Notes: a model not told the origin generated them from the letters alone. DNA of 64,000 nucleotides from an uncultured Gemmatimonadales bacterium (GCA_963809895.1 CAWELD010000003.1:512001-576000), one strand, 5' to 3'. Positions 1 through 11,781 are shown, counted from the first letter of the stretch. A program made the numbers and translations.

Positions 1-2
1 GG

Positions 3-350
3 ATCGGGGTCAACGTCGACGATTGCGCGACGGTGAGCCGGGGTCTCGAGCCCTGGCTGGATGGGCTGGAAGGCATGCCGGACCGCTACGTGCTGGAGGT
101 GTCTTCTCCGGGACTGGACCGGCCGCTGAACCGGGCGAGGGATTTCGAACGGTTCGCGGGCGAGCCGGTGGCGGTGAAGGGAGACGGGCTGCTGGCCGGT
201 CGCGCACGTCGGCTGGAAGGTGAGTTGCTGGGTATGACCACGGACGAGAACGGCCGGGAGCAGGTGCGGTTGCGGCTGCCGGGCGGTGACGAGGTGCTGG
301 TGCCACGCGAGGAGATCACGGGTGCCCACCTGGTCTTCCGGTGGTCGTGA
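3..350 (+). CDS. rimP: Ribosome maturation factor RimP (5'-partial)
   Basis: Frame open from window edge: ..VNVDDCATVSR..YVLEVSSPGLDRPL..DFERFAG, the RimP motif; directly upstream of nusA. Confidence 0.95.
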   Translation: MGVNVDDCATVSRGLEPWLDGLEGMPDRYVLEVSSPGLDRPLNRARDFERFAGEPVAVKGDGLLAGRARRLEGELLGMTTDENGREQVRLRLPGGDEVLVPREEITGAHLVFRWS

Positions 351-438
351 GGTACGAGAGACAGGTCGCGAGGGCAGGAGAGCACGCCGGGCGTGGGCAT
401 CCTGCGCGCATCCAGGCCCAAGGCATCGAGAGGAACAC

Positions 439-2007
439 ATGGCGAACGCCGGACAGATCGTGGCTGCGCTCCGCGACATCGGGGCCACCAAGGACCTGTC
501 GCCGGACGAGGTCCAGGATCTCCTCAAGGACGGGATCCTCGCGGGTCTGGTGAAGCTCTACGGCCCCAACGTCGAGGCCGAGATCGACATCGACGAGTCC
601 ACGGGCGAGGTGGAGATCATCGTTCTTCGTCGCGTGGTCGAGGAGGTCGAGGATCCCTCCAGCGAGATCTCGCTCGAGGAGGCTCGCTGGGACGATCCGG
701 GCTTCGAGATCGGCGATGTCATGGAGATTCCGGTGGAGTTCACCCAGTTCGGCCGGAACGCCGTGATGGCCATGAAGCAGCGCATCGTTCAGCGGGTGCG
801 CGAGAACGAGCGCGAGCGCATCCGCGACGAGTTCGCCGATCGGGTGGGTGAGCTCCTCTCGGGCGAGGTCCAGCAGATCGAGCGCGGCAAGATCGTGGTC
901 ATGCTCAACCGTGCCCGCGACGCCGACGCCATCATCCCCTGGAAGGATCAGAACCCGCGGGAGCGGTTCCGTCAGGGGGATCCCATTCGTGCGGTCCTGA
1001 AGAAGGTCGAGGAGACCCCGAAGGGCCCCCGGCTGATTCTGTCGCGGGCGGATCCCCTGTTCGTTGCGGCCCTCTTCAAGCTGGAGGTTCCGGAGATCTA
1101 CCAGGGGATCGTGGAGATCAAGGAGATCGCCCGGGAGGTGGGCGGCCGCACGAAGATCGCCGTCTTCAGTCGGGACGAGTCCATCGATCCGGTGGGCGCC
1201 TGCGTGGGGCTCAAGGGATCGCGCGTGCAGGCGGTGGTGTCGGAGCTCGGTGGTGAGCGCATCGACATCGTGCCGTGGCACCCGGAGCCCGAGGTCTTCG
1301 CCCGGCGCGCGCTGGCCCCGGCCCGCGTGTCGCGGGTGATGTCCGATCCCGGTCGCCAGGTCATCACCGCCATCGTCGACGAGGATCAGCTGTCGCTGGC
1401 CATCGGCCGCAACGGACAGAACGTGCGCCTGGCCTCGCAGCTCATCGGATGGCAGATCGACCTCTACGGATCCCGGGAGTGGCTCGAGCGGGGCGCCGAG
1501 TTCCCCCTGTTCGCCGAGCGGGAGGAGGATCAGTACGAGACGGCGGATTTCCCGCTTTCAGAGCTGGATATCAGCGAGTCCGCTCTGGCGGCTCTGGAAG
1601 GGGCCGGTTACAGTACTTTTCTCGACATCATCGACCTGGAGAGGGCCGATTTCCTCAGGACCGACGGCCTTTCCGAGGGTGACGCCGACCGGTTGCTGGA
1701 GCTCATCGACCAGTTGACGGTCGTGGAGAACGAGGCTTCCGCTGCCAAGGCCGAGAGCGCTGAGGACGAGGAAGCGGACGCTGCCGGCGGAGACGGGTCC
1801 GAGGCCGATGACGAGGACGCCGGCGCCGAGAGCGACGACACCGAAGACGAAGGCGCCGCCGCCGAATCCGACGAGGACGAGGACGCCGACGAAAGCGACG
1901 ACGCCGAAGACGACGACGCCGCGGACGCCGATGACGACGCCGCCGCCGAAGGCGATGAGGCCGACGACGAAGGCGAGACGGATGAGGACGACGAGCGGGA
2001 GGGCTGA
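439..2007 (+). CDS. nusA: Transcription termination/antitermination factor NusA with long acidic C-terminal tail
   Basis: FGRNAV..KQRIVQ, S1 domain, KH motifs IDPVGACVGLKGSRVQ and LSLAIGRNGQNVRLASQL; ATG 439 after GAGAGGA. Confidence 0.97.
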   Translation: MANAGQIVAALRDIGATKDLSPDEVQDLLKDGILAGLVKLYGPNVEAEIDIDESTGEVEIIVLRRVVEEVEDPSSEISLEEARWDDPGFEIGDVMEIPVEFTQFGRNAVMAMKQRIVQRVRENERERIRDEFADRVGELLSGEVQQIERGKIVVMLNRARDADAIIPWKDQNPRERFRQGDPIRAVLKKVEETPKGPRLILSRADPLFVAALFKLEVPEIYQGIVEIKEIAREVGGRTKIAVFSRDESIDPVGACVGLKGSRVQAVVSELGGERIDIVPWHPEPEVFARRALAPARVSRVMSDPGRQVITAIVDEDQLSLAIGRNGQNVRLASQLIGWQIDLYGSREWLERGAEFPLFAEREEDQYETADFPLSELDISESALAALEGAGYSTFLDIIDLERADFLRTDGLSEGDADRLLELIDQLTVVENEASAAKAESAEDEEADAAGGDGSEADDEDAGAESDDTEDEGAAAESDEDEDADESDDAEDDDAADADDDAAAEGDEADDEGETDEDDEREG

Positions 2008-2359
2008 GACCCTCCAGTTGCTCGGGCTCGCCCACCGAGCGGGACGGGTGGTGCGCGGGACCGACGCCGTTCGCAGGGGACTGAGGGCGGGGGAGGTCCG
2101 ATTGGCGCTTACCGCGCGTGATGCGTCGCCGGTGCAGCTCGAGAAGATCGAGGGGCTCCTGCTCGCACGGGGGGTCCCTCGGATCGTCGCGGGTTCCGGC
2201 GCCGAGCTCGGCGCCGCTCTCGGGAGCTCCCCGCTGTCGGCAGTGGGCGTGACGGATGAAGGTTGGGCGGAGCGGCTCCAGAGGGAGTCGCCCGCGACTG
2301 CGGAGCCGGACGAGTCCGGACCGCGAGATTCGGAGGACGACCAGACGTATGCGGGTTGA
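1982..2359 (+). CDS. L7Ae/L30e/YlxQ-family RNA-binding protein
   Basis: LQLLGLAHRAGRVVRG..V..ARDAS..ELGAALG..VGVTDEG; conserved position between nusA and infB; start uncertain. Confidence 0.85.
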   Translation: MRTTSGRAETLQLLGLAHRAGRVVRGTDAVRRGLRAGEVRLALTARDASPVQLEKIEGLLLARGVPRIVAGSGAELGAALGSSPLSAVGVTDEGWAERLQRESPATAEPDESGPRDSEDDQTYAG

Positions 2360-5066
2360 AGAGCTAGCGAAGGACCTCAAGGTGAAGCCGGACGCGCTTC
2401 TACATCTTCTCCGGGAGATGAGGATCGCCGTGTCCGACGCTTCGGCATCGCTGTCGGATGCCGACGTCGCGCGGGTCCTCGCCCGGGTGGAGAGGGAGCG
2501 GCGAGCCGGTAAGAAGGACGCCTCCGCCGCCGTGCAGGCGGCCATAGAGGAGGCCTCCTCGGGGCCCCGCCGTCGCCGTCGTCGCCGTCGCGCGCCGGAA
2601 CCGGATGAAGCCGACGAGGGCGAAGAGCCCGACGAGGACGACGAGGCGGAAGCGGCGGAAGCGGCGGAAGCCGACGAGGCCGAGGCCGAGGCGGACGTCG
2701 AGGTCGAGGAGGTCTCCGTCGAAGAGGAGGCCGAGACCGTCGAGGCGGAATCCGAGGCCGACGAGGAAGAGGAAGCCGAGGACGTCGTGTCCGAGGCCGA
2801 CGACGAGGAGGAGGTCGAGGAGGAAGCGGCGGAGGCCGAGGAGGAGCCCGAAGAGGAAGCGGAGCTCGACGTCGAGGGCGAAGCCGACGAAGAGGAGGAG
2901 CCGGGTGCCGAGGCCGACGAGTCCGAAGAGGACGAGGACCAGCCGGCAGGTGTGAAGCCCCAGCCCGTGCGCCGGGGTGCCCCCGACGGTCCGGTCCGCT
3001 CCATCCGCAAGCCCACGCCGGCCGCCAGCGCCGGACCGGGCGGCACGGTCCGGATCCAGGCCGAGGGCTACACCACCGACGGTCGCCGTAAGCGGAAGGA
3101 CCGCAAGAAGAAGCGGCAGCGGGTGGACCAGGACGCGGTGCAGGAGAACCTCCAGCGCGTCATGGCGGAGCTCAAGGGCGGCGGCAGCAGCAGCAAGAAG
3201 CGCCGCCGCAAGGGTGAACGGGTCAGTCGCGAAGAGCAGGAGCTTCGCGAGATCGAGGAGCAGGAGGAGATCGAGCGCGAGTCCAAGACGGTCCGCGTGA
3301 ACGAGTTCCTCACGGTTGCCGAGCTGGCCGAGCTCATCGATATGCCCGCTGCGCAGATCGTCGGCGCGGCGTTCAAGAACCTCGGGCTCATGGTCACCAT
3401 CAATCAGCGCCTGGACTTCGACCAGATCGAGCTTCTGCTCGACGAGTTCGGCTTCACCGCCGTGCGCGAGGAGGCCTACGCCGCCGGTGAGGAAGCCGAG
3501 GAAGAGGAGGTCGAGGATCCGGAGAGCCTGAAGCCGCGGCCGCCGGTGGTCACGGTGATGGGCCACGTGGACCACGGAAAGACCTTGCTCCTCGACCGGG
3601 TCCGCAAGACGAACGTGGTCGCGGGCGAGGCCGGGGGCATCACGCAGCACATCGGTGCGTACCACGTGCAGCTGCCGGACTCCCGCAGCATCACCTTCCT
3701 GGACACCCCGGGACACGCGGCCTTCACCGCCATGCGTGCGCGAGGCGCCGACGTCACGGACATCGTCATCCTCGTGGTCGCGGCCGACGACTCGGTCATG
3801 CCGCAGACCATCGAGGCCATCAGCCACGCCAAGAACGCCGGCGTGCCGCTCATCGTGGCGGTGAACAAGGTGGACCTGCCCGCGGCCAACGCGGCCCGGG
3901 TGAAGCAGGAGCTCCTCCAGCACGACGTGCAGGTGGAGGACTTCGGCGGTGACGTGCTGTCGGCCGAGATCTCCGCCAAGACCGGCCAGGGCGTGGAAGA
4001 CCTGCTGGAGAAGGTGCTCCTGCAGGCCGAGATCCTCGAGCTCAAGGCCAACCCCGATCGTGAAGCGCAGGGCACGGTCATCGAGGCCCAGCTGGACGTC
4101 GGCAAGGGGCCCGTGGTGACCGTTCTCGTGCAGAAGGGCACGCTGGAGGTCGGAGACGACTTCCTGGTGGGGCTCTACGGCGGTCGCGTCCGTGCCATGC
4201 TCGACGAGCGCGGCAACACGGTGGAGTCGGCTGGACCGGGCGTCCCGGTGCAGATCCTGGGGGCCGGCGGCGTGCCGCAGGCCGGTGACACCTTCCAGGT
4301 CATGGAAGCCGACCGGGCCGCCGAGATCGCCGGCAATCGGCAGCGCCTGGAGCGTGAGAAGCAGCTCCGCATCAAGGAACGCGGGGTCAAGCTGGGCGAC
4401 TTCAGCCAGCTCATGGCCGAAGGCGCGACCGGCACGTTGCCTCTCATCATCAAGGGTGACGTGGACGGTTCGGTGCAGGCCGTGGCCGACGCTCTGGAGC
4501 AACTGGGCACCGAGGAAGTCCAGGTCGAGATCGTTCACCGCGGCGTGGGTGCCATCAACGAGTCCGATGTCTTGCTGGCGGAGACCGCCGGAGCCGTCAT
4601 CATCGGCTTCCGCGTGCGCCCCGGCTCGGACACGCGGCAGCTGGCCGAGCGCTCCGGGGTGGACATCCAGACCTACGACGTCATCTACAACGCGGTCGAC
4701 GACATCCGGGCCGCGTTGGAAGGCATGCTCTCGCCCGAGCAGCGCGAGGAGATCCTCGGGTCCGCCGAGGTCCGCGAGGTGTTCAAGATCTCCCGCGTGG
4801 GCACGGTCGCCGGCTGCTACGTCACCGACGGCGTCATCGACCGCAAGGCTCGCGCCCGGGTGATCCGCGACGGCATCGTGATCTACGACGGGGAGTTCGC
4901 ATCGCTCAAGCGCTTCAAGGACGACGTCAAGGAGGTCCGGGAGGGCTTCGAGTGCGGCATCGGCATCACCAACTTCAACGATGTGAAGGTGGGTGACGTC
5001 ATCGAATGCTATCGGGTCGAAGAAGTGGCGCGGACGCTGGCCAGCTCGGCCGAGGGTCGCGGCTGA
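2349..5066 (+). CDS. infB: Translation initiation factor IF-2
   Basis: [58 protein letters not shown] before ATG 2349. Confidence 0.98.
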   Translation: MRVEELAKDLKVKPDALLHLLREMRIAVSDASASLSDADVARVLARVERERRAGKKDASAAVQAAIEEASSGPRRRRRRRRAPEPDEADEGEEPDEDDEAEAAEAAEADEAEAEADVEVEEVSVEEEAETVEAESEADEEEEAEDVVSEADDEEEVEEEAAEAEEEPEEEAELDVEGEADEEEEPGAEADESEEDEDQPAGVKPQPVRRGAPDGPVRSIRKPTPAASAGPGGTVRIQAEGYTTDGRRKRKDRKKKRQRVDQDAVQENLQRVMAELKGGGSSSKKRRRKGERVSREEQELREIEEQEEIERESKTVRVNEFLTVAELAELIDMPAAQIVGAAFKNLGLMVTINQRLDFDQIELLLDEFGFTAVREEAYAAGEEAEEEEVEDPESLKPRPPVVTVMGHVDHGKTLLLDRVRKTNVVAGEAGGITQHIGAYHVQLPDSRSITFLDTPGHAAFTAMRARGADVTDIVILVVAADDSVMPQTIEAISHAKNAGVPLIVAVNKVDLPAANAARVKQELLQHDVQVEDFGGDVLSAEISAKTGQGVEDLLEKVLLQAEILELKANPDREAQGTVIEAQLDVGKGPVVTVLVQKGTLEVGDDFLVGLYGGRVRAMLDERGNTVESAGPGVPVQILGAGGVPQAGDTFQVMEADRAAEIAGNRQRLEREKQLRIKERGVKLGDFSQLMAEGATGTLPLIIKGDVDGSVQAVADALEQLGTEEVQVEIVHRGVGAINESDVLLAETAGAVIIGFRVRPGSDTRQLAERSGVDIQTYDVIYNAVDDIRAALEGMLSPEQREEILGSAEVREVFKISRVGTVAGCYVTDGVIDRKARARVIRDGIVIYDGEFASLKRFKDDVKEVREGFECGIGITNFNDVKVGDVIECYRVEEVARTLASSAEGRG

Positions 5067-5124
5067 CCGCATCCTCCACGCCGCTCGCCCGGTCCGGGGC
5101 GGCTCGTCCAGCCGGCGCGCACCT

Positions 5125-5406
5125 GTGATCATCGGCGTCCAGACCTTCGTCCTCGGCCTGCCAGGCTGCCGCTCCCTGAAGGAGAAGCGCATGGTGGTGA
5201 AGTCCCTCAAGGACCGCATCCGCCATCGCTTCAATGTTTCGGTGGCCGAGACCGGAAGTCAGGACGTGTGGACGCGCGCCGAGGTGACCGTGGCCGCGGT
5301 CTGTGCCGACCGCGCCCTTGCCGATGCGCTTCTGGACCGGGTCGACCGCTTCGTCGAGGAGGATGGCCGGGTCGTCATGAGCGGCGTTGAACGCGAGCTC
5401 TTTTGA
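5125..5406 (+). CDS. DUF503 (YlxP-like) protein
   Basis: SLKEKRMVVKSLKDRIRHRFNVSVAE motif; between infB and rbfA; GTG start. Confidence 0.9.
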   Translation: MIIGVQTFVLGLPGCRSLKEKRMVVKSLKDRIRHRFNVSVAETGSQDVWTRAEVTVAAVCADRALADALLDRVDRFVEEDGRVVMSGVERELF

Positions 5407-5448
5407 CCCCGACCCCTTCCGCTTCCTTCCTTCGAGCCAGATTTCGAG

Positions 5449-5835
5449 ATGCCCAGCCGCCGCATCGAGCGATTGAACGAGCAGCTCAAGCGAGAGATCG
5501 CGAGCCTGCTCCGGACCCGGGTCCGCGACCCCCGGCTACAGCGTGTCACCGTCACCGCGGTGCGTGCGGCTCCGGACCTGACCTTCGCTCGCGTGCTCGT
5601 GCGGATGCCCGTGGACGAAGAGAGCGTCCGCCGCGAAGGGCTCGAGGGCCTCGAGGCGGCGGCTCCCTTCCTGCGCCGGGCCCTCGGACAGGAGCTGCAG
5701 ATCCGCCGTGTCCCCGAACTCGACTTCCAGGTCGACACGACGCTGGAGAGGGCGGCGCGCATCGAGGAGATCCTCAACGAGGTCCGGCCTGACGAAGGGT
5801 GGGATTCGGAGCCCGAGGGGGGAGAGCCGGAGTGA
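5449..5835 (+). CDS. rbfA: 30S ribosome-binding factor A
   Basis: RRIERLNEQLKREI..RDPR..VT.V..PDL..A; IRRVPELDF. Confidence 0.95.
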   Translation: MPSRRIERLNEQLKREIASLLRTRVRDPRLQRVTVTAVRAAPDLTFARVLVRMPVDEESVRREGLEGLEAAAPFLRRALGQELQIRRVPELDFQVDTTLERAARIEEILNEVRPDEGWDSEPEGGEPE

Positions 5836-6734
5836 CACGGTCGGGGGAGGAGGGCGGCATCCTCCTGGTGGACAAGCCGACGGGTCCCACCTCGCACGAC
5901 GTGGTGGCCCGGGCGCGCAAAGCACTGGGGACCCGGCGCGTCGGACACACCGGAACCCTGGACCCCCTCGCCTCGGGCCTGCTGGTCCTGGTCGTGGGAT
6001 CGGCCACCCGCCTCTCCGACGCTCTCACCGGGCTCGCCAAGACCTACGTCGCGGAAGCCCGCCTGGGTGTGACCACCGACACGTTGGACCTCGAGGGAGA
6101 GGTCACGGCCCGCCGCTCGGGCTGGGAGGGGCTGGGGCAAGGGGACCTCGCCGCCGCCCTGGAGGCCCTGGCCGGAGAGAGCCTGCAGGTGCCGCCCGCC
6201 TACTCGGCGAAGAAGGTGGCAGGCGAGGCCGCCCATCGGCGCGCGCGTCGGGGCGAGAAGGTGACGCTGGCGCCGGTCCCGGTCACCGTGCACGAGATCG
6301 GCCTCGTGTCGGTGGACCTTCCCCTGGTCCGTTTCCGGGTGCGCTGTTCGTCGGGCACGTACGTGCGTGCGTTGGCCCGCGACCTGGGTGAAGCCCTGGG
6401 CGTGGGCGCGCATCTCACGGCGCTGCGCAGGATCTCCGTGGGTCCCTTCGAGGTGGACGCCGCCGCCCATCTCACCGCGATGGACCAGGCAACCGATACC
6501 GCCTGGCGGACGCCGCTTCAGGCCCTCGAGGCCGTGGGCATGCCCATGGTGCGCGTGGACCGTGACGACGTCCACCGCCTGGTGACGGGCCAGGCCATCG
6601 AGCTCCAGGGCCACGACGAGCTCGAGGGTCCGACGGCCGCCGCCGACGCTGACGGTCTTGTGGCGTTGGGTGAAGTGAGCGGACGCAGCTTCAGGCCGCG
6701 CAAGGTCTTCCGGCGCAGCGAGGCCCTCTCCTGA
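5832..6734 (+). CDS. truB: tRNA pseudouridine(55) synthase
   Basis: DKPTGPTSHDVV, VGHTGTLDPLASG, QVPPAYSAKK, CSSGTYVRALARDLG; GTGA overlap with rbfA. Confidence 0.97.
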   Translation: MTRSGEEGGILLVDKPTGPTSHDVVARARKALGTRRVGHTGTLDPLASGLLVLVVGSATRLSDALTGLAKTYVAEARLGVTTDTLDLEGEVTARRSGWEGLGQGDLAAALEALAGESLQVPPAYSAKKVAGEAAHRRARRGEKVTLAPVPVTVHEIGLVSVDLPLVRFRVRCSSGTYVRALARDLGEALGVGAHLTALRRISVGPFEVDAAAHLTAMDQATDTAWRTPLQALEAVGMPMVRVDRDDVHRLVTGQAIELQGHDELEGPTAAADADGLVALGEVSGRSFRPRKVFRRSEALS

Positions 6735-7729
6735 TGCATCGCTCTCAGCGTCCGGAGCGCGGGCGGCCGCTCCCCGGAGATCGCGGTACGGTGGTCACCG
6801 TGGGCACCTTCGACGGCGTCCATCGCGGGCACTGGGCCGTGCTGCAGGAGATCCGGCAGCGCGCCCGGGCCACGGGGCGCCGGAGCGTGCTCCTCACCTT
6901 CCATCCGCATCCGCTTCGCATCGTGCGGCCGGAGGCGGCGCCCCTGCTGCTCACCACGCCGGTGGAGAAGAAGGAGATCCTGGCCGAGAGCGGGCTGGAC
7001 TACGCGGTCTTCCTGCGCTTCACGACCGAGCTGTCTCGCTACACTCCCGAGCGCTTCGTACGGGAGATCCTGGTGGGCCGGCTGGGTGTGGACGAGCTGG
7101 TGATCGGCTACGACCACGGCTTCGGCCGCGGGCGCACGGGCGACGCCGACACGCTCAGGGAAGTCGGCAGGGAAGCAGGCTTCACCGTCGATGTGGTGCC
7201 CCCGGTGGAGGCCGGTGGCGACGCGGTGTCCTCCACCCGCATCCGCCAGGCGGTGGCGGCCGCGGACATGGGCGAGGCGCGCCGGGGTCTTGGCCGGCCG
7301 TACAGCGTCCGGGGCGTCGTGGTGAGGGGCGATGGACGCGGCAGGCAGCTCGGTTTTCCCACGGCCAATCTGGGCGGCATCGACGCGGAGAAGCTGATCC
7401 CCCCTGCCGGCATCTACGCCGTGCGCGGCGCCACCCGGGCCGGCGTCTTCGACGGGGCCCTGCACCTGGGGCCGCGGCCGACGTTCCAGGGCGCGCCTCC
7501 CACCATCGAGTTGCACCTGCTGGACTTCGACGGAGATCTCTACGGCGAGGAGGTGCGCGTGGACTTCATCGAGTATCTACGTGGCGTGCTTCCCTTCGAT
7601 TCGGCGGAAGCGCTGGTGGGCCAGATGCGCGACGACGTCGAGCGGGCGCGCGACGTGCTGACGCGCGACGACGCGGAATCCCCCGAAAATGCCGCCGGAC
7701 GGGTTGCCACCGGCGAGTCGTTTGACTAG
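6734..7729 (+). CDS. ribF: Bifunctional riboflavin kinase/FAD synthetase
   Basis: GTFDGVHRGH, VSSTRIR, GRGRQLGFPTAN, IELHLLDFDGDLYG. Confidence 0.97.
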   Translation: MHRSQRPERGRPLPGDRGTVVTVGTFDGVHRGHWAVLQEIRQRARATGRRSVLLTFHPHPLRIVRPEAAPLLLTTPVEKKEILAESGLDYAVFLRFTTELSRYTPERFVREILVGRLGVDELVIGYDHGFGRGRTGDADTLREVGREAGFTVDVVPPVEAGGDAVSSTRIRQAVAAADMGEARRGLGRPYSVRGVVVRGDGRGRQLGFPTANLGGIDAEKLIPPAGIYAVRGATRAGVFDGALHLGPRPTFQGAPPTIELHLLDFDGDLYGEEVRVDFIEYLRGVLPFDSAEALVGQMRDDVERARDVLTRDDAESPENAAGRVATGESFD

Positions 7730-7801
7730 CCTAAAAGGCTGAAACGCCAACGGACTACGGTCCCCAGCTTCCCTTGCAGCGCAGACTCCTGCGGAGGCAG
7801 A

Positions 7802-8062
7802 ATGAGCATCGACAAGGACGCAATCATCAAGAAGCACCAGCTCCACGAGGGTGACGTGGGCAGCGCGCCGGTTCAGATCGCGCTCCTCACGGCTCGCATC
7901 GAGGACCTGCGGCAGCACTTCGACGCGCACAAGAAGGACCACCACAGCCGTCGTGGGCTGCTCAAGATGGTCGGACGCCGCCGTCGCCTCCTGGAGTACT
8001 TGAGGAACAGCGATCTGGAGCGGTATCGCGAGCTCATCGCGGATCTGGGCCTGCGGCACTAG
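7802..8062 (+). CDS. rpsO: 30S ribosomal protein S15
   Basis: [39 protein letters not shown]. Confidence 0.98.
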   Translation: MSIDKDAIIKKHQLHEGDVGSAPVQIALLTARIEDLRQHFDAHKKDHHSRRGLLKMVGRRRRLLEYLRNSDLERYRELIADLGLRH

Positions 8063-8070
8063 GATCGGCA

Positions 8071-8109
8071 GCGGCGGTCACCCACGCGGTGGTCGCCGTT
8101 TCCGTATTT
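8071..8109 (+). terminator. Putative hairpin/terminator after rpsO
   Basis: gcggcggtcacc-cacgc-ggtggtcgccgt imperfect stem followed by an interrupted T tract (ttccgtattt). Confidence 0.45.
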
Positions 8110-8317
8110 CCGCCGGCGAGCGGGAGGACCTGTCGGATCCCGCGCCCTCGGGCGCGCGGTCTCCGTCTCCCCGTGTCGTCCGGCGATGAGGAGTCCACGA
8201 CCCCGGCGGGAACGTCCCGTGCGGGTGAGACTCCGCCGCCGCGCCTCCATCGTGGAGGTCCCGGCGTGTGAGATCCCAGTCGGTGCACGAGCACCGGACG
8301 ACGACATGGATGGAAGA

Positions 8318-10465
8318 ATGATCCAGCGCATCGAGCGCCAGTTCGCGGGGCGCCCCCTGATTCTCGAGATCGGCCGCATGGCCAAGCTCGCCGGGGGCTC
8401 CTGCCTGGTGCAGTACGGCGAGACGGTGGTGCTGTGCACCGCCACCGCCCAGAACAAGCCCACCCACCTCCCGTTCTTTCCGCTCACGGTGGAATATCGG
8501 GAGAAGCAGTACGCCGCCGGGAAGATCCCCGGAGGCTTCTTCAAGCGTGAGGGCCGTCCCGGCGAGAAGGAGATCCTGGCGGCGCGCCTCACGGACCGCC
8601 CTCTGCGGCCGCTGTTTCCCGACGGCTTCATGAACGAGACGCAGATCGTCTGCAACGTGTTGAGCGCCGATCAGGAGAACGACGCCGACGTGCTCGCCCT
8701 CCTGGGCGGGAGCGTGGCGCTCAACCTGTCCAGCATCCCGTTCCCGGAGATGGTGGCCTCCGTGCGGGTCGGGCGCATCCAGGGAACCTGGGTGTGGAAT
8801 CCCACCTTCCAGCAGCTCGGATATTCCGACGTCGACATGATCGTCGCCGGGTCCGAGGACGCCATCCTCATGGTCGAGGGCGGCGCCATCGAGGTGTCGG
8901 AAGAGGACATGCTCGAGGGCATCGAGTTCGCCCACAAGGGCATCCAGGAGCTCATCGGCATCCAGAAGGAGCTGCTCCAGGGCCACAGCGTGCCCGACAT
9001 GGAGTGGACGCCCCAGCTGCCCGACGCCTCGCTCAAGCAGCGGGTGGAGGACCTGGCGGCGCCCCGGGTCGTGGAGGCGCTCAACCTGCAGGACAAGCAG
9101 GAGCGTCAGCAGGCCATGGCGGCGCTACGTGAAGACATCGTCGGTCAGCTCCAGGAGGAAGACGAGGAGTACCCGGAGCACGAGGATCAGGTGGGCGACA
9201 TCCTGCGCACCATCGAGAAGCGCACCATGCGCCGCCAGATCCTGGACAAGGGCGAGCGGGCGGACGGCCGGGGCCTCGACGAGATCCGGCCCATCTCCTG
9301 CGAGGTGGGGCTGCTGCCCCGCACGCACGGCTCGGCGCTCTTCACGCGGGGCCAGACGCAGGCGTTGGCGGTGACCACCCTGGGGACCTCCCGGGACGAG
9401 CAGCGCATCGACTCCATCGATACGCGCGAAGAAGTCACCAAGTCGTTCATGCTCCACTACAACTTCCCGCCCTTCTGCGTGGGTGAGGCCCGGCCGTTCC
9501 GGAGCACCTCGCGCCGCGAGATCGGACACGGGAATCTGGCGGAGCGGGCGATCCAGCCCCTGCTTCCGGCCTACGACGACTTTCCCTACACGATTCGCCT
9601 GGTCTCGGACATCCTGGAGTCCAACGGCTCCTCGTCCATGGCCACCGTATGTGGGGCGTCGCTCTCGCTCATGGATGCCGGCGTGCCGATCCGGGCTGCC
9701 TGCGGCGGCGTCGCCATGGGGCTGATCAAGGAAGGCGACGAGGTGGCGGTGCTCACCGACATTCTCGGCCTCGAAGACGCCCTGGGCGACATGGACTTCA
9801 AGGTGGCGGGCACGCGCAAGGGCGTGACCTCCATCCAGATGGACATCAAGATCAAGGGCATGACCGTCCAGATCATGCAGGAAGCGCTGCAGCGCGCCCA
9901 CAAGGGCCGCATGCACATCCTGGACATCATGGAGCAGACCATCGCCGAGCCCCGGAGCGACATCTCCGAGTGGGCGCCGCGCATCACCACGCTGCAGGTC
10001 AACCCGGAGAAGATCGGGGAGATCATCGGGCCCAAGGGCAAGACGATCCGCGCCATCCAGGACGAGTCGGGCTCGACCATCGAGATCGATGACAGCGGTC
10101 TGGTGAAGATCGCGGCCATCAGCGCCGAGAACGCCTCCCGTGCCCGTGAGATGATCGAGGCCATCGTGCAGGAGCCCGAGGTCGGGCGCATCTACGAGGG
10201 TCCGGTGAAGAACACCACCACCTTCGGCGCCTTCATCGAGATCCTGCCCGGCGTGGAGGGTCTGTGCCACATTTCGGAGCTGGCCGAAGGCCGGGTGGGG
10301 CAGACCGAGGACGTCCTCAAGAAGGGCGACATCACTCGGGTGAAGCTCCTCTCCATCGACGAGAAGGGTCGACTGCGGCTCTCCCGTCGTGCCGCCGTCG
10401 CGGAAGAGGGCGAGGATGGCCAGGAGGCCGAGGCCGCCACGGCCGGGGCCGAGGCCGACGCGTAG
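8318..10465 (+). CDS. pnp: Polyribonucleotide nucleotidyltransferase (PNPase)
   Basis: [59 protein letters not shown] and S1 domains; alternative start 8306. Confidence 0.98.
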   Translation: MIQRIERQFAGRPLILEIGRMAKLAGGSCLVQYGETVVLCTATAQNKPTHLPFFPLTVEYREKQYAAGKIPGGFFKREGRPGEKEILAARLTDRPLRPLFPDGFMNETQIVCNVLSADQENDADVLALLGGSVALNLSSIPFPEMVASVRVGRIQGTWVWNPTFQQLGYSDVDMIVAGSEDAILMVEGGAIEVSEEDMLEGIEFAHKGIQELIGIQKELLQGHSVPDMEWTPQLPDASLKQRVEDLAAPRVVEALNLQDKQERQQAMAALREDIVGQLQEEDEEYPEHEDQVGDILRTIEKRTMRRQILDKGERADGRGLDEIRPISCEVGLLPRTHGSALFTRGQTQALAVTTLGTSRDEQRIDSIDTREEVTKSFMLHYNFPPFCVGEARPFRSTSRREIGHGNLAERAIQPLLPAYDDFPYTIRLVSDILESNGSSSMATVCGASLSLMDAGVPIRAACGGVAMGLIKEGDEVAVLTDILGLEDALGDMDFKVAGTRKGVTSIQMDIKIKGMTVQIMQEALQRAHKGRMHILDIMEQTIAEPRSDISEWAPRITTLQVNPEKIGEIIGPKGKTIRAIQDESGSTIEIDDSGLVKIAAISAENASRAREMIEAIVQEPEVGRIYEGPVKNTTTFGAFIEILPGVEGLCHISELAEGRVGQTEDVLKKGDITRVKLLSIDEKGRLRLSRRAAVAEEGEDGQEAEAATAGAEADA

Positions 10466-11781
10466 TGACCGCAGGCGGGCGTAGGGGAGGGGGGCGCGGC
10501 CACACGGTCGCGTCCCCCTCGTCCGTTGCGGGAGATCCGCCCGGCGGCCGGTCGAGCGATCCCGTGCGCTTCACCACGCTGGACAACGGCGTGCGCGTGC
10601 TCACCGAGGCCATTCCCGGCGTACGCTCGGCCTCGGTCGGCGTGTGGATTCTCCAGGGGGCGGCCCACGAGCCCGCCGAACGCATGGGCGAGAGCCATCT
10701 GCTCGAGCACATGGTCTTCAAGGGTACCCGACGGCGCTCACCCCGGGAGATCGCGCTGGCGCTGGAGGCGCTGGGAGGCTCGCTGGACGCCTACACCACC
10801 CGGGAGCACACCTCCTTTCAGGCCCGCGTCCTGGACGAGCATCTGCCCGAGGCCCTGGACGTGCTGGCGGACCTGGTGCTCAATCCCCGCCTCCGCGCAG
10901 AAGATCTGGAGCTGGAGCGGGAGGTGGTGCTGGAGGAGATCGCACAGGTGGAGGACACGCCCGACGACCTCGTCTTCGAGCTCCATGGTGAGCGTCTCTG
11001 GGGCGGTCATCCCTACGGGCACGCGATCCTCGGCACGCGAGACACGGTGACCGGCCTCGACGTGGCGACGCTGGAGGCGCTCCACCGCCTCCGCTACCGC
11101 GGGCGCGGTCTCATCGTCGCCGCGGCGGGGAACGTGACGCACGACCGGGTGGTGCAGCTCGCCCTCGCACACTTCGGAGCACTGGACCCGGGCGGCGAAC
11201 CACCCCGCGTGGAGCCTCCCCTGGCATCCCCCAGAGCCCGGGAAGCCGTGCGCCGGGACACCTCGCAGGCGCATATCGTCACGGGGTGCACCACGGTTCC
11301 GCACTCCGACCCCCTGCGCATCCCGCTCGTGCTCCTGTCGCAGGCGTTCGGAGGGGGGATGAGCTCGCGGCTCTTCCAGCGTATCCGCGAGGAGCTGGCG
11401 CTGGCCTACACCGTGTTCTCGTATCAGTCCTTCTACACGCGCTCCGGGGTGGCGGGGGTCTATCTGGGCACCCGTCCCGGCTGGGAGGAGCGGGCCCTGG
11501 AGGCGCTCCGGGAGGAGTATGGGGTGCTGGCTCGCGACGGGCTGGGCGCCGACGAGCTGGAGCAGACGCGCCAGCAGGTGAAGGGTCAGATCATGCTGTC
11601 GCTGGAATCCACCGGCGCCCGCCTCTACCGCCTGGCCGGCTTCGCCCTCCACGACGAGGAGTACCAGGACCTGGACGGTCTGCTCCGACGCGTGGACGCT
11701 GTCACCCGGGAACAGGTGGCCGAGGCCGCGGCCCGCTTCTACGATCCCGACGGCCAGCTCTTCCTCACCCTCGGTCCGTAG
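10465..11781 (+). CDS. M16 (pitrilysin/MPP-like) zinc peptidase
   Basis: Inverted zinc motif HLLEH (HxxEH), [13 protein letters not shown]; commonly follows pnp; start uncertain. Confidence 0.92.
   Translation: MTAGGRRGGGRGHTVASPSSVAGDPPGGRSSDPVRFTTLDNGVRVLTEAIPGVRSASVGVWILQGAAHEPAERMGESHLLEHMVFKGTRRRSPREIALALEALGGSLDAYTTREHTSFQARVLDEHLPEALDVLADLVLNPRLRAEDLELEREVVLEEIAQVEDTPDDLVFELHGERLWGGHPYGHAILGTRDTVTGLDVATLEALHRLRYRGRGLIVAAAGNVTHDRVVQLALAHFGALDPGGEPPRVEPPLASPRAREAVRRDTSQAHIVTGCTTVPHSDPLRIPLVLLSQAFGGGMSSRLFQRIREELALAYTVFSYQSFYTRSGVAGVYLGTRPGWEERALEALREEYGVLARDGLGADELEQTRQQVKGQIMLSLESTGARLYRLAGFALHDEEYQDLDGLLRRVDAVTREQVAEAAARFYDPDGQLFLTLGP

Noticed and set aside
2400..5234. Long antisense or alternate-frame ORFs (e.g. 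2400-5234, 22567-24735, 41100-42710, 53114-56446)
   Set aside because: Expected shadows of real genes in high-GC DNA; no recognisable motifs
7730..7801. S15 autoregulatory leader or promoter before rpsO
   Set aside because: Only short hairpins and a TTGACT without a properly spaced -10; not enough to call
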